Assembly: GCA_026996855.1 (NCBI GenBank)
Contig: JALWJZ010000004.1
Location: forward strand, 4,334-68,333
Length of the DNA stretch: 64,000 bases
Reading direction: 5' to 3'
Source: Anaerolineales bacterium
Lineage (GTDB): Bacteria > Chloroflexota > Anaerolineae > Anaerolineales > DRMV01
Both the position numbers and the translations under genes were made by a program. Shown here piece by piece: positions 48,234 through 56,677 of this stretch; position 1 is the first letter of the stretch, and every line of letters starts with the position of its first letter. The notes beneath the pieces are model-generated. The model saw only the letters and a program-made list of their open reading frames with translations, did not search any database and was not told where the DNA came from.

Positions 48234-48935
48234 TCACCCGGCGTATAAAATGCGACCGCACTGGGCGCAGTAGGTGAGCACGTCCAGATTGGCGGCTTCC
48301 TGGAGCCGTCGGGCGCTGAGCACGGCGCCGCAGGCGGAGCAGGCATGGTCTTCCACCGGGGCCACGGCCAGGCCGGCCTTCTGCCGGCGCAGGTTCTGGT
48401 AAACGGCGTACACCTCTTGGGGCAGGTGGGCCACCAGCGCATCCCGGCGGGCCTGCAGGGTTTCCCCTCGGCGTCGGAGCCGTTCCGCCTCCTGGTTCCA
48501 GACTGCTTCCTGCTCCTGGCGCCGGGCGCGCACGGCTTCCAGATGGCGGGCCGCGGCCTCTTCTTCGGCCTGGGCCTCTTCCAGGGCCAGGAGCGCGGCG
48601 ATGGCGGCTTCTTCGGCCTCGTCCAACTTCCGCCGCAGGTATTCCAGTTCTTGTTGGAGCACCAGCACCTGCCGGGGGTTGCGCACGGTGCCTCCGGCCA
48701 GGCGCCTTTCGATGTCCTGGATTTTTTGCCGGTATTGCGCGGTGCGGGCTTCGGCTTCCTGGAAGGCCCGCTGTCGTTCCCGGGCGCGCCGCCTGGCGGC
48801 TTCCAGCCCTTCCCGGGCGGCCTCCACTTCCGCGGCGAAGGCCAGCAGCGCGCGGATTTCCTCTAAACGCCGCTGCAAGGCGTCCAGTTCCGTATCCAGT
48901 CGTTGTAGTTCGTACAGGTGATGCACCAGCGCCAT
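48234..48935 (-). CDS. coiled-coil protein with C-terminal C4 zinc ribbon (COG1579-type)
   Basis: A long Glu/Arg/Ala-rich coiled coil followed by CSACGAVL...CAQCGRIL. Confidence 0.75.
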   Translation of the reverse strand: MALVHHLYELQRLDTELDALQRRLEEIRALLAFAAEVEAAREGLEAARRRARERQRAFQEAEARTAQYRQKIQDIERRLAGGTVRNPRQVLVLQQELEYLRRKLDEAEEAAIAALLALEEAQAEEEAAARHLEAVRARRQEQEAVWNQEAERLRRRGETLQARRDALVAHLPQEVYAVYQNLRRQKAGLAVAPVEDHACSACGAVLSARRLQEAANLDVLTYCAQCGRILYAG

Positions 48936-48960
48936 GACCTGCCTTCCTTCAATTCGTTCC

Positions 48961-48995
48961 GCTCATCCGCCCATCCGCTCATTCGCCCATTCGCC
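48961..48995 (-). repeat. short tandem octamer repeat, GCGRATGR type on the gene strand
   Basis: Plus strand reads gctcatcc gcccatcc gctcattc gcccattc gcc; minus strand reads gcgaatgg gcgaatga gcggatgg gcggatga. It starts immediately after the WD40 gene stop (48996), upstream of the zinc-ribbon gene. Confidence 0.85.
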
Positions 48996-51065
48996 TTATG
49001 GCAACAATTGGGCCATCTCCCACACCAGCACGCTGCCGTCGTCCAGCACGGTAAGGGCCTTGGTCTGATCCGGGGTCAGGTCGATGTACCGGATGGCCTG
49101 GCCGAAAGTATCGGGGAAGGCGTGGAAGGCGCCCGTATTGGGGTCGAGCACGCCCCAGCCCTGGCCCGTAAGGAGCACCCGGTCGTCCTGCAGAAAGCGG
49201 GCTTCCCGGGCCACGATGGGGCTGGGTAGGGTTTTCTCGGGCTGCGGTCCCTGGCGCCAGAAGAGCACGTGGGCCTCGGTCAGGCCCACCAGGGTCTGGC
49301 CCGCGGCGTCGTAATCCAATGCGCGAATGGGTCGGCCGTTGCCCTGCCAGGTCTGGAAGAAGGATTCGTCCTGCGGGTTCCAGAAAACCACGGTGCTTTC
49401 ATCGGTGCTGATGGCGATGTGCGCCCCCTGGGGATGCATGGCCATGCCGTGGAGCAGGGCCAGTTCCGGTGGGGTGTACACCCGGGTGGTGTGTTTTTCC
49501 ATGTCCCACACATACAGGTTGGTCCAGCCCACGCCGACCAGGTAGGTCAAATCCGGGGCAAAGTCGAAGTCTTCAATGGGGAAGAGGCCGGGACCGTAGA
49601 ACTTGTAGTACACGGCCACCCAGCGTTGGGTGTCCCATATCACCGCACGGCCGGTCGCGTCCAGCGAAGCCAGGTACGTGCCATCCGGGGAGAAGCGAAG
49701 CCCGGTGATGGCATCGGTGTGGAGTTTCAGGGTGTTGACCACGGTTTGGGTGTCGGGGTCCCAGAGCAAGATGTCGCCGACGTCGGTGCCGATGGCCACC
49801 AGGTCACCTTGGGGGGAAAGGGCCGCGGCCTGCACGGGACGTCCGAAGGTGTCGTCACTGTATTCCGGGGCGCGCCAACTCAAATTGTACACCGTCAGCA
49901 CACCCCCTTCGCCCACCACCAGGGTGCGCACGTCGCCGTTCCGAATGTCCACCCGGTGGATGGCGCCTTTCCCGGCCACGGCTTCGGCCCGCTGGCCCAG
50001 CACACCGGTGTTGGGGTCCCAAAGCAGGAGGTCGCCATTTTCCGCGCCGCCCACCAGCAGGTCGCCCAAGAAGGTGGCTTCCAGTTGGGTTATGGGAAAT
50101 CCCGCGGTGAACAGGGTCACCTCTTTTTTCCCGGTCACCAGGTCCCAGGCGTACAGGATTTTCTCCGCGCCGGAGGAGACCACCCGGGCTTTGGGGAAAG
50201 CCACGAAGGTCACGGCCAGCACCGCGCCCGTATGGGCTTCCAGGCGATGCAAGGGTTGGGCGGGGTTTTGCAGGTCCCACACCATCAGCAGGCCGGTTTC
50301 GTACCCCACGGCCAGGAAGCGGCCCGAAGGTGAAAAGGCCAGCGCGGTGACTTTGGTTTCCACGGTTTGGGGCAGGGTGGAAATCTGGCGTTGGGCATCC
50401 ACCAGAAGCACGCGACCGTCTTCCAGCCCTACGGCCAGGGTGGCCGTTTGCGGGGCGGCATCCAACCCCGTGGGCCGCGCCGTGGTTTCCCCAAGGGGAA
50501 GGGTTTCGGCGGCTGCTTCTTGTTCCAGGTTCCAGAAGACCAGGGTCGGAGCGTCGCCCAGGCCCACCAGAGTTTGGTCGTTCAAAAAGGCCAGGCGGGT
50601 AACGGGGAGGGGCGTTGAGAACATGGTCTGAAGGCGGTGCTGCATGTCGTACAGGGAGACCCCCAGGCTGGTGACCACGGCATACCGGGGTTGGGTCGGT
50701 GCCCAGACGGCGTCCAGGAGCCGACCTTTCCCGTAGCGGGCGACGGCCCCTTTGGGAAGGGGGCCGGCTTCGGTGAACACGATGTGGGGCGTGGGGCTGG
50801 GCAAAGGCGTGGGCGTCGCGGGTAAAGGCGTGGGGCTGGGGATGGGGGTCGCCGTGGGCGGCTCCAAGGTCGGCGATGGTGCAAGGGTCGGGGTCTGCGG
50901 TGCAGGGGATACCGTCGGTGCAGGCGTGGCGGACGTGCACCCCATCGCGCCGATGAGCAGGGCAAACAAGGTCAACAAAACGGCCACTGAGCGGTGCATG
51001 ACGGACATCTCCTTGAGGCTTGGTTGGGGTTTCGGAGAAGGGGGTTCTCCAATGTTTTGGGTCAC
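48996..51065 (-). CDS. secreted/lipoprotein-type beta-propeller (WD40/PQQ-like repeat) protein with PT-rich linker
   Basis: Signal and possible lipobox AVLLTLFALLIGAMGC. Long linker TPAPTVSPAPQTPTLAPSPTLEPPTATPIPSPTPLP. Repeated motifs of the type G.V.LWD....... (LLWDPNTG, ILLWDPDTQ, VIWDTQRW, LMVWDLQNP). The start could be an internal Met (MSVMHRS). Confidence 0.75.
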   Translation of the reverse strand: MTQNIGEPPSPKPQPSLKEMSVMHRSVAVLLTLFALLIGAMGCTSATPAPTVSPAPQTPTLAPSPTLEPPTATPIPSPTPLPATPTPLPSPTPHIVFTEAGPLPKGAVARYGKGRLLDAVWAPTQPRYAVVTSLGVSLYDMQHRLQTMFSTPLPVTRLAFLNDQTLVGLGDAPTLVFWNLEQEAAAETLPLGETTARPTGLDAAPQTATLAVGLEDGRVLLVDAQRQISTLPQTVETKVTALAFSPSGRFLAVGYETGLLMVWDLQNPAQPLHRLEAHTGAVLAVTFVAFPKARVVSSGAEKILYAWDLVTGKKEVTLFTAGFPITQLEATFLGDLLVGGAENGDLLLWDPNTGVLGQRAEAVAGKGAIHRVDIRNGDVRTLVVGEGGVLTVYNLSWRAPEYSDDTFGRPVQAAALSPQGDLVAIGTDVGDILLWDPDTQTVVNTLKLHTDAITGLRFSPDGTYLASLDATGRAVIWDTQRWVAVYYKFYGPGLFPIEDFDFAPDLTYLVGVGWTNLYVWDMEKHTTRVYTPPELALLHGMAMHPQGAHIAISTDESTVVFWNPQDESFFQTWQGNGRPIRALDYDAAGQTLVGLTEAHVLFWRQGPQPEKTLPSPIVAREARFLQDDRVLLTGQGWGVLDPNTGAFHAFPDTFGQAIRYIDLTPDQTKALTVLDDGSVLVWEMAQLLP

Positions 51066-51083
51066 GTGCGGGTTTCTCGTCCT

Positions 51084-51368
51084 CTATTCTGCAACCAAAT
51101 CGGTGAGGTCTTTCTCACGCAGGATGCTGTATTTCCAGCGGTTGTAAACCGGAATGACGTAAGGGAGCAGGCGCAAGGTGTAATACGGGGGCAAAACGGG
51201 CAGGCCAATCATATCACCAAAGACGATGAGCATGAACAGTTGCTCCAGTTGGCCCCGTTCCTTGCGCAGGGCGAGTTCGAAATCGTACAGCAACATACCG
51301 TACAGGAAGCCCCGGAGCCATGCCAGGGCGCGTTTCCAGCGGGGCTGTTTTGACGTGGACCGGCTCAT
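51084..51368 (-). CDS. hypothetical small protein (94 aa)
   Basis: ORF 51084..51368, with one hydrophobic stretch (LFMLIVFGDMIGLPVLPPYY). No family recognised. Confidence 0.5.
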   Translation of the reverse strand: MSRSTSKQPRWKRALAWLRGFLYGMLLYDFELALRKERGQLEQLFMLIVFGDMIGLPVLPPYYTLRLLPYVIPVYNRWKYSILREKDLTDLVAE

Positions 51369-51430
51369 GGACTACACTCTTTCTCAAGCAGCGGCTTTTG
51401 GGTTGGCCACCCTTGGCTACGGAGGCAACG

Positions 51431-52069
51431 ATGTTCTCCGACCCGATATGGTGGATTGCTTTGCTGAGCGGCATCCTGGCCCTGGGTTTTCTGGGCGGTT
51501 TGATGGTCAATCGCCGACTTGGACGCCAATTATACCGCACTTTGCGCCAGGCTTTGGAGGCCTACGGCACCGTGGCCCAGGCTCGCTGGCTGGGCGGTGC
51601 AACCAGCGGGGTGTACCTGTCGCTTCACGAGGCCCGGCCTCCGTTGCGGCGCCTGGAAGCCGTGGTGCTGTTGGAGCCTCGGGAATTCCTGCCGGTGTGG
51701 CTGGTGGCCCGGTGGGTGCGAGGCCAGCGGGATGCCCTCATCTTGCGGGTGGTTTTCCGTCGGACGCCGCATACGGAATGGGAATGGCGGACCCAGGGCC
51801 GATTGGGATTGCGGGGCTTTTCTCCGCCCGGCCCGGACGAAGGTTTCGAGTCGGTTACGGCGCCGGGTTTTCGGGGTTGGGTGCGCCCCCGACAGGAGCC
51901 GGAAGCGGTGACTTCCTGGCATGAGTTCCTGGGAAAGTATGGAGGTCGGTTGTTGGCCCTTTCTTTGCGGAAACGCAAGCCGCACTTGATTCTGGCCGTG
52001 AAGGTGCGGGGCCTGGATGTGGCTACGTTTCTGGAGGACCTGCTGGTAGCGGTGGAACCCTGGTTGTAA
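51431..52069 (+). CDS. hypothetical membrane-anchored protein
   Basis: ORF 51320..52069; ATG at 51431 follows GGAGG. N-terminal TM helix IWWIALLSGILALGFLGGLMV. The remainder is soluble and Arg-rich. Confidence 0.5.
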   Translation: MFSDPIWWIALLSGILALGFLGGLMVNRRLGRQLYRTLRQALEAYGTVAQARWLGGATSGVYLSLHEARPPLRRLEAVVLLEPREFLPVWLVARWVRGQRDALILRVVFRRTPHTEWEWRTQGRLGLRGFSPPGPDEGFESVTAPGFRGWVRPRQEPEAVTSWHEFLGKYGGRLLALSLRKRKPHLILAVKVRGLDVATFLEDLLVAVEPWL

Positions 52070-52075
52070 ACGGCC

Positions 52076-53344
52076 ATGACTTCGTCCCCTGCAACGGCTT
52101 CCAGGCAAAACCCCCCCTCGTTTTCCAGGGCTTTCTGGCGTTTCTGGGCGGGGCACACCCTGGCCCTGTTCGGCGACGTGCTCTTCAGCGCGGGGATGAT
52201 GTGGTTCGTGTATCGAACCACGGGTTCGGCGCTGGCCACCTCCGGCGTGGCGCTGATGGAGACCGGGGCGCGGGTGTTGGGGAGCCTGCTGGCGGGGCCC
52301 CTGGCCGACCGACGGGTGCGCTCCCGCTGGATGGCGCAAATTCACGGTTTCAAAATGGCTCTGGTGCTGGCCGTGGCCCTGGCCCTTGCCCGTGGCGGGC
52401 TGACCCCCTGGCTGGTTTATGCGGTGGCCTTTGCTTTGAATTTGTTCAACGCTTTTTACGAACCCGTTTACGGTGCCCTGGTGCCGGATTTGGTCGCCAC
52501 CGCGGTGCTCACCCGGGCCAATGCCTTCGTTCAGGTAAGCCGTACCCTGGCGTATGGTGTGAGTTGGGGGTTGAGCGGGCTTTCTTTGGAAGCCCTGGGA
52601 CCCATGCCCGTGGCCTGGGCCAACGTGCTGGTCTTCGGCCTGGCCATGACCTTGTTCCTTTCGTTGCCTCGAGGGAGCCCGGTGCTGGGTAGCAGAAAGG
52701 GGACCTCGCTTACCCCCGCGGTTTTCTGGCGGGATGTGCGCGAAGGCCTGGCCTTGTACCGGCAGAAGAAGGTGCTGCAGGGTTTGCTGGTCGTTTCCTT
52801 CCCTGGGTGGCTCACGGTCGGCTTGTGGGGGCCTTTGCTGTTGGTGTACTTGAATCGCGTTTTGGGGGTAGGACCGGCGGGTTGGGGATGGAATCAGGCG
52901 GTGTTCTTCCTTTCGGGGCTGGTCGGCTCGGTGCTGGCGGCCTCGGTTCTGGGCGTTCTTTCCTGGCCCGAAGGCCGATGGGTGGCGGGGGTTGCGTGGT
53001 TTCATGGGATGCTAACCCTGGCTTTTGCCCTGGCCCCTTCGTATTGGTGGGCTTTGGTTACGGTGGCTCTGGCTGGCATCACCGACCCCTTTCTGCAGGC
53101 GGCCCGCATGGCTTTGCTGCAACACGCAGTCTCCGAGCGGCTTCGGGGCCGGGTGCTGGCCGTGTGGCAGGCCCTCATGTATCTGACGTTGATTGGGTCC
53201 TACACGGCGTTGGGTCTCTTGGGCGAGGCGGTGCCTTTACGAGGTCTGTACGCGAGTAGCGGCGTGTTCGTCATGGGTACGGTCCTGATTGCGGCTTTGG
53301 GGTTTGGCTTGGCACGGGTTCGGGTGCAGGGGGAGAGGACGTGA
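52076..53344 (+). CDS. MFS transporter
   Basis: About 12 TM helices. MFS-type loop LAGPLADRRVRSRWM between TM2 and TM3. Confidence 0.85.
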   Translation: MTSSPATASRQNPPSFSRAFWRFWAGHTLALFGDVLFSAGMMWFVYRTTGSALATSGVALMETGARVLGSLLAGPLADRRVRSRWMAQIHGFKMALVLAVALALARGGLTPWLVYAVAFALNLFNAFYEPVYGALVPDLVATAVLTRANAFVQVSRTLAYGVSWGLSGLSLEALGPMPVAWANVLVFGLAMTLFLSLPRGSPVLGSRKGTSLTPAVFWRDVREGLALYRQKKVLQGLLVVSFPGWLTVGLWGPLLLVYLNRVLGVGPAGWGWNQAVFFLSGLVGSVLAASVLGVLSWPEGRWVAGVAWFHGMLTLAFALAPSYWWALVTVALAGITDPFLQAARMALLQHAVSERLRGRVLAVWQALMYLTLIGSYTALGLLGEAVPLRGLYASSGVFVMGTVLIAALGFGLARVRVQGERT

Positions 53345-53451
53345 CGGCGGCGTGCAAGATGACATCGTATTTCCCACGTTCCGGGCCGGGGGATTGTCCT
53401 GTTTTCCCCAGACCTATTCCTTGGCGGAGGGGCCTTTGGAGCAGATCGCAT

Positions 53452-53523
53452 TTCCTCTGTGTTCTCTATGCCTCCATGAGGACATGCGATGGCTTTTGCT
53501 TCTATTGGATTTTGAAAAACACG
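53452..53523 (-). repeat. CACRGAG-heptamer repeat element, partial copy in inverted orientation
   Basis: The reverse complement reads gtgtttttcaaaatccaatagaagcaaaagccatcgcatgtcctCATGGAGgCATAGAGaaCACAGAGgaaatg. It matches the left half of the 42089 and 57391 copies. A further fragment (cacaaaggacacagaaattc) lies at about 53595-53615. Confidence 0.7.
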
Positions 53524-53622
53524 TGTGGCTGCGTCAGGCTTGAATATGGAAAGGCGCATGGGCAATGGCCCTCTAACAACGCGTTTGCCTGGTATTGAGC
53601 CGTACACAAAGGACACAGAAAT

Positions 53623-54126
53623 TCAGGGCTCGGCGTCCAGGGCTTCGATCAGGTGGCGGTAACGGCGCACGAACCAATGGGCGAGCAAGGGGCGATATTC
53701 CCGCTGGATTGCTTTGGGCAGGGCGAAGAAATCGCCGAAAATGACCCCGTGACAGCGCTCGGCGCCGCAGTTGCAGGGGATGGGGGTTCCTCCGGTGAGG
53801 TTGATGTTGTAGTCGAAGGTGATTTCTTCCCCCGGGGCGATGTCGCGACGGGCCACGATATAAATGTCGGAGCCCTCGTGCCATTCGTACGCGTTCGGAT
53901 CACAACTGTGATTCACATAGCGGTCCGGGAACCCCCACAGGAGCACCTTTCCATCGGGGAAACTGCAGTGCTCGATGCGTTCGCCGAGGTCTTCGCGCAG
54001 GGGTGCGTCCTCGGTGATTTCCCGCACGATGTTCACCCGGCGAATGCGTTCCCCGGCCCGAAAAGGGCGCGTGGCAAAGAGCCCCAGCCCCTCAATCGGC
54101 GACGGCTTGACCTCTACGCCATTCAT
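53623..54126 (-). CDS. SET domain protein (putative protein-lysine methyltransferase)
   Basis: GLGLFATRPFRAGERI, RYVNHSCDPNA, GEEITFDY, and post-SET-like Cys residues CNCGAERC. Confidence 0.85.
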   Translation of the reverse strand: MNGVEVKPSPIEGLGLFATRPFRAGERIRRVNIVREITEDAPLREDLGERIEHCSFPDGKVLLWGFPDRYVNHSCDPNAYEWHEGSDIYIVARRDIAPGEEITFDYNINLTGGTPIPCNCGAERCHGVIFGDFFALPKAIQREYRPLLAHWFVRRYRHLIEALDAEP

Positions 54127-54189
54127 GAGAACTTCCTTCCAGAAAATCGGCTATCCTTGCAGGAAACGCGTCTACGATCGGCAACCTAC

Positions 54190-54310
54190 CGCTAACGGCA
54201 CCAGTGTGAGGTCGCCGTCCAATGGCCTTTGCTGGCGCATAACCTTGGCCCGAATTTCCCACCCACGTTCGCGCGCGGCGCAGCCGCGTCCGCTGCACGC
54301 GGGGTTAGCC
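54190..54310 (-). other. attC-like structured repeat, copy A (the more degenerate copy)
   Basis: The minus strand starts with GGCTAAC and ends with GTTAGCG, so the termini GCTAAC/GTTAGC are exact reverse complements. It is a direct repeat of 56300-56425 (shared block ttggcc.gaaat..ccc.cc.acgttcgcgcg.ggcgc.gccgcgtccgctg.acgc). It begins 2 nt after the stop of the 489-aa gene. Confidence 0.5.
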
Positions 54311-54312
54311 CG

Positions 54313-55782
54313 CTAATTTTTCTCCTTATCCTCTTTAGAAAGCCTACCCTTTAACAGGGGCTCAAATAAATCGGCCAAATTCATTCCCAATTGTTCCTCT
54401 GCAAGTCCTTCAGGGATTTTAACCCCTTCAATAAATTTTTCTCCCACTTCTCGTGTCAATGCTACACCTACAAAGCCCAGGCGTTTGCTCCTAGTCTGCT
54501 CTGATTTTAGAGGCGGGAGAGCGATGAGTGTACTTGCGCCTGTCATCGCCGCCCCTATAGCTTGGTGTAAACGCTGACGAAGAAGGGCACGGACTGCCAT
54601 TCGCGGAAAACGAGCTATGCCCGTTGAGGCGCGCTTGACAGGATCTGAGGCACTATCCACCGTTCGTAAGAATTCATCAATGAAATATCGTGCACGTCGC
54701 CACATGTAAGAGCGGAAAGGAACATTTGTCAAGAAGATATCGGTGGATGCCGGGTCGAACCAAACCTCATCATAGGGGACACGCGTCTCTTCGCTCTGCA
54801 CTTTGTCCAGATACTCTCGATCCAGGTCTTCCAGCATCAACCCTGATGTCCAGCCATAATAACTTCCTTCCACAAGAAGAATGCGTTTGGGCTTTTGCTC
54901 TAAACCATGCAAAGCCTCCTCAAAAATCTCTCTCACGGACGCGATGACTTGCTCGTGACGCGCGTGAATATACTTTAACAACAGAGAGGCTTGCTCCCTC
55001 AAGTAAGGAATATCATTTGCCTTGTCCTTGAATACCTCAATGAAACCTTTCTGCCGACTCAACCCTATAATATCCTCCGGGGTGCTGTCCAGACGCACAT
55101 TGTCTATAAAACTGATTCCTGTTCCTGCATCTTTGAGTAACAAATTCCACGGATTGGGAAAGGTTCTAAAATTTCTAAGCAACCCCGGGGCATGGGTCTC
55201 AAACCATTCTTCGCAACTGGGACAGAAACAGGTCAGTTCAAGTCTACCGTTTTTTGCTCCCATTGGGAAAAGATTTACCACATCTAACACAACTCCCACC
55301 AATTTCCCTGGCGTATCTTTCGTAGCCATTCTGGCTATATCTATGCCAGTGCCAAGGATGGCCCCCACAATAGCACGGCTCATAGGGTTGCCAACGCATA
55401 CGGCATGGGAACTGTCGCCGGAAATGTCAACAATATGTAATGGTGCAGCGCGGATGAATTCTAGGGTGGGGTTAATAAGCAGGTAAATGTCGAGCCCTTT
55501 CTGCGCAAATGCATGTACTACATCTGAGAATTCCTTCAATCTATCTGACACTCGAGCATAGGGCGATATTGGCTCATCTAATCCACTCACCTTAAATACT
55601 AATCCTTCAGGATGGGAGACGGGTAAAACCACACCTTGAGGCTCTACTCCCCACATCTCTTTAAACTGTTTTATCACCTCATCGGGCTTCACGTACCGTA
55701 AGAATCCAAGGTGAGGGATATCTACCACATTGCTACCAGAATTCCCAGCCAGTATCTTTTGAATTTTGAATTGCCGAGTCAT
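54313..55782 (-). CDS. hypothetical protein, 489 aa, with a CxCxxC knuckle; function unknown (cassette gene 2)
   Basis: Clean ORF in AT-rich DNA. Its ATG overlaps the stop of the upstream gene (ATGA at 55779-55782). CFCPSC is at aa 185-190 (nt 55213-55230). An alternating strand/helix-like pattern (DIYLLINP, GVVLDVVNLFPMG, ILLVEGSYYGW) suggests an alpha/beta barrel. No family recognised with confidence. Confidence 0.8.
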   Translation of the reverse strand: MTRQFKIQKILAGNSGSNVVDIPHLGFLRYVKPDEVIKQFKEMWGVEPQGVVLPVSHPEGLVFKVSGLDEPISPYARVSDRLKEFSDVVHAFAQKGLDIYLLINPTLEFIRAAPLHIVDISGDSSHAVCVGNPMSRAIVGAILGTGIDIARMATKDTPGKLVGVVLDVVNLFPMGAKNGRLELTCFCPSCEEWFETHAPGLLRNFRTFPNPWNLLLKDAGTGISFIDNVRLDSTPEDIIGLSRQKGFIEVFKDKANDIPYLREQASLLLKYIHARHEQVIASVREIFEEALHGLEQKPKRILLVEGSYYGWTSGLMLEDLDREYLDKVQSEETRVPYDEVWFDPASTDIFLTNVPFRSYMWRRARYFIDEFLRTVDSASDPVKRASTGIARFPRMAVRALLRQRLHQAIGAAMTGASTLIALPPLKSEQTRSKRLGFVGVALTREVGEKFIEGVKIPEGLAEEQLGMNLADLFEPLLKGRLSKEDKEKN

Positions 55783-56276
55783 CTGCTGCCTCCCGATATA
55801 AATTTTTGTTTGGCGGTCCTGGTAAGCTCATACCTACCTGGTGATGCTTCTATTAGATACCCTTTTGATATCAGAGTGTCTAATACAAATTCGCCCAAAG
55901 CGGCATTGTTTTGCAGTGCTGGCGAGATACTCTGGATCAATTCTTCTCTTGTAGCTCTTTCGCTTTTACTGCTCCGCAGATAATGGTGGATATTTTGTAT
56001 AGCTCGAGTAACGAATTTCTTGGTGGTTTCGCTTTCCTCTAGATAATGGCCCGTAATCTTCTCAACAGCTTTCTCTACGGCTTCCTTTGTTTCTTTTGAA
56101 CTTCTAGATATTTCGGATTTAATTTTTTCGGTTTCCGCTCTCAACTTCTCAGCCTCTGCCCGCAGTTTTTCAACTTCAGCTGAACTTTTTTTTCTTGTAA
56201 ACAAATGGTTTGCAATAGCAACAAGGAGACCACCGATTACAGAAGTGATTAGCGCAGCTACTATTTCTTCAGACAT
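55779..56276 (-). CDS. hypothetical membrane-anchored coiled-coil protein with a winged-helix-like C-terminus, 165 aa (cassette gene 1)
   Basis: ORF 55779..56459; ATG at 56276 follows GGAGG. TM helix IVAALITSVIGGLLVAIANHLF. Repeated EKLRAEAEKLRAETEKIKSEI coiled coil. The C-terminal LISKGYLIEASPGRYELT resembles a wHTH wing. Confidence 0.75.
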   Translation of the reverse strand: MSEEIVAALITSVIGGLLVAIANHLFTRKKSSAEVEKLRAEAEKLRAETEKIKSEISRSSKETKEAVEKAVEKITGHYLEESETTKKFVTRAIQNIHHYLRSSKSERATREELIQSISPALQNNAALGEFVLDTLISKGYLIEASPGRYELTRTAKQKFISGGSR

Positions 56277-56299
56277 TTTACCTCCAAAGACCTCCAGCG

Positions 56300-56425
56300 G
56301 CCTAACGCCAGCGTCAGCGGCGCGGCTCCGTCGTCCAACGGTCTTTATAGCCGCATGATTTTTGGCCGAAATCCCGCCGACGTTCGCGCGTGGCGCGGCC
56401 GCGTCCGCTGAACGCTCGGTTGGGG
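56300..56425 (-). other. attC-like structured repeat, copy B (well-formed imperfect hairpin)
   Basis: Minus strand: CCCCAAC cg AGCGT t CAGCGG a CGCGGC [71 nt] GCCGCG CCGCTG ACGCT ggc GTTAGGC. The 3' box matches GTTRRRY perfectly. Stems pair 56301-06/56419-24, 56310-14/56412-16, 56315-20/56405-10 and 56321-26/56398-403. Unpaired bases A56411 and T56404 are both on one arm. Confidence 0.6.
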
Positions 56426-56455
56426 CGGGATGCCCTATAACCCTCAAAACACTGC

Positions 56456-56677
56456 TCACTCCTTTTCTCTGCCGCTATCCCTCTCTCGCTTTATCTCATC
56501 CACGATTTCCGCTAAACTCTTCTCGCCAAACAAGGCCTCGCGCTCTTCAGCGTACTCCCCAAACCCCGTAGTAAACTGCCGCAAAAAGCGCACAGCGTTT
56601 ACCACTCCTAATTCCCGATAAAGCGCCCAAAAGGCCTTGCGATTGACTTCGACTAACGGCTCAGCATACACGCTCAT
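56456..56677 (-). CDS. small protein co-transcribed with the PIN gene, putative antitoxin (73 aa)
   Basis: The ATG overlaps the PIN gene stop (ATGA at 56674-56677). Acidic C-terminus. No DNA-binding fold recognised; the call rests on context. Confidence 0.55.
   Translation of the reverse strand: MSVYAEPLVEVNRKAFWALYRELGVVNAVRFLRQFTTGFGEYAEEREALFGEKSLAEIVDEIKRERDSGREKE

Noticed and set aside
46295-48442. A single 715-aa ORF spanning recO and the FemAB gene region.
   Set aside because: Only the C-terminal 246 aa (from the ATG at 47035) look like RecO. The upstream part is Pro/Arg/Gly junk overlapping the well-supported FemAB-family ORF in another frame.
53345-53622. An attC site downstream of the SET gene, which would make SET a cassette.
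   Set aside because: Only a GTTAGAG word and an 8-nt palindrome (aacgcgtt) are present, with no homology to the A/B repeats. The spacer is instead occupied by fragments of the heptamer-arm repeat.
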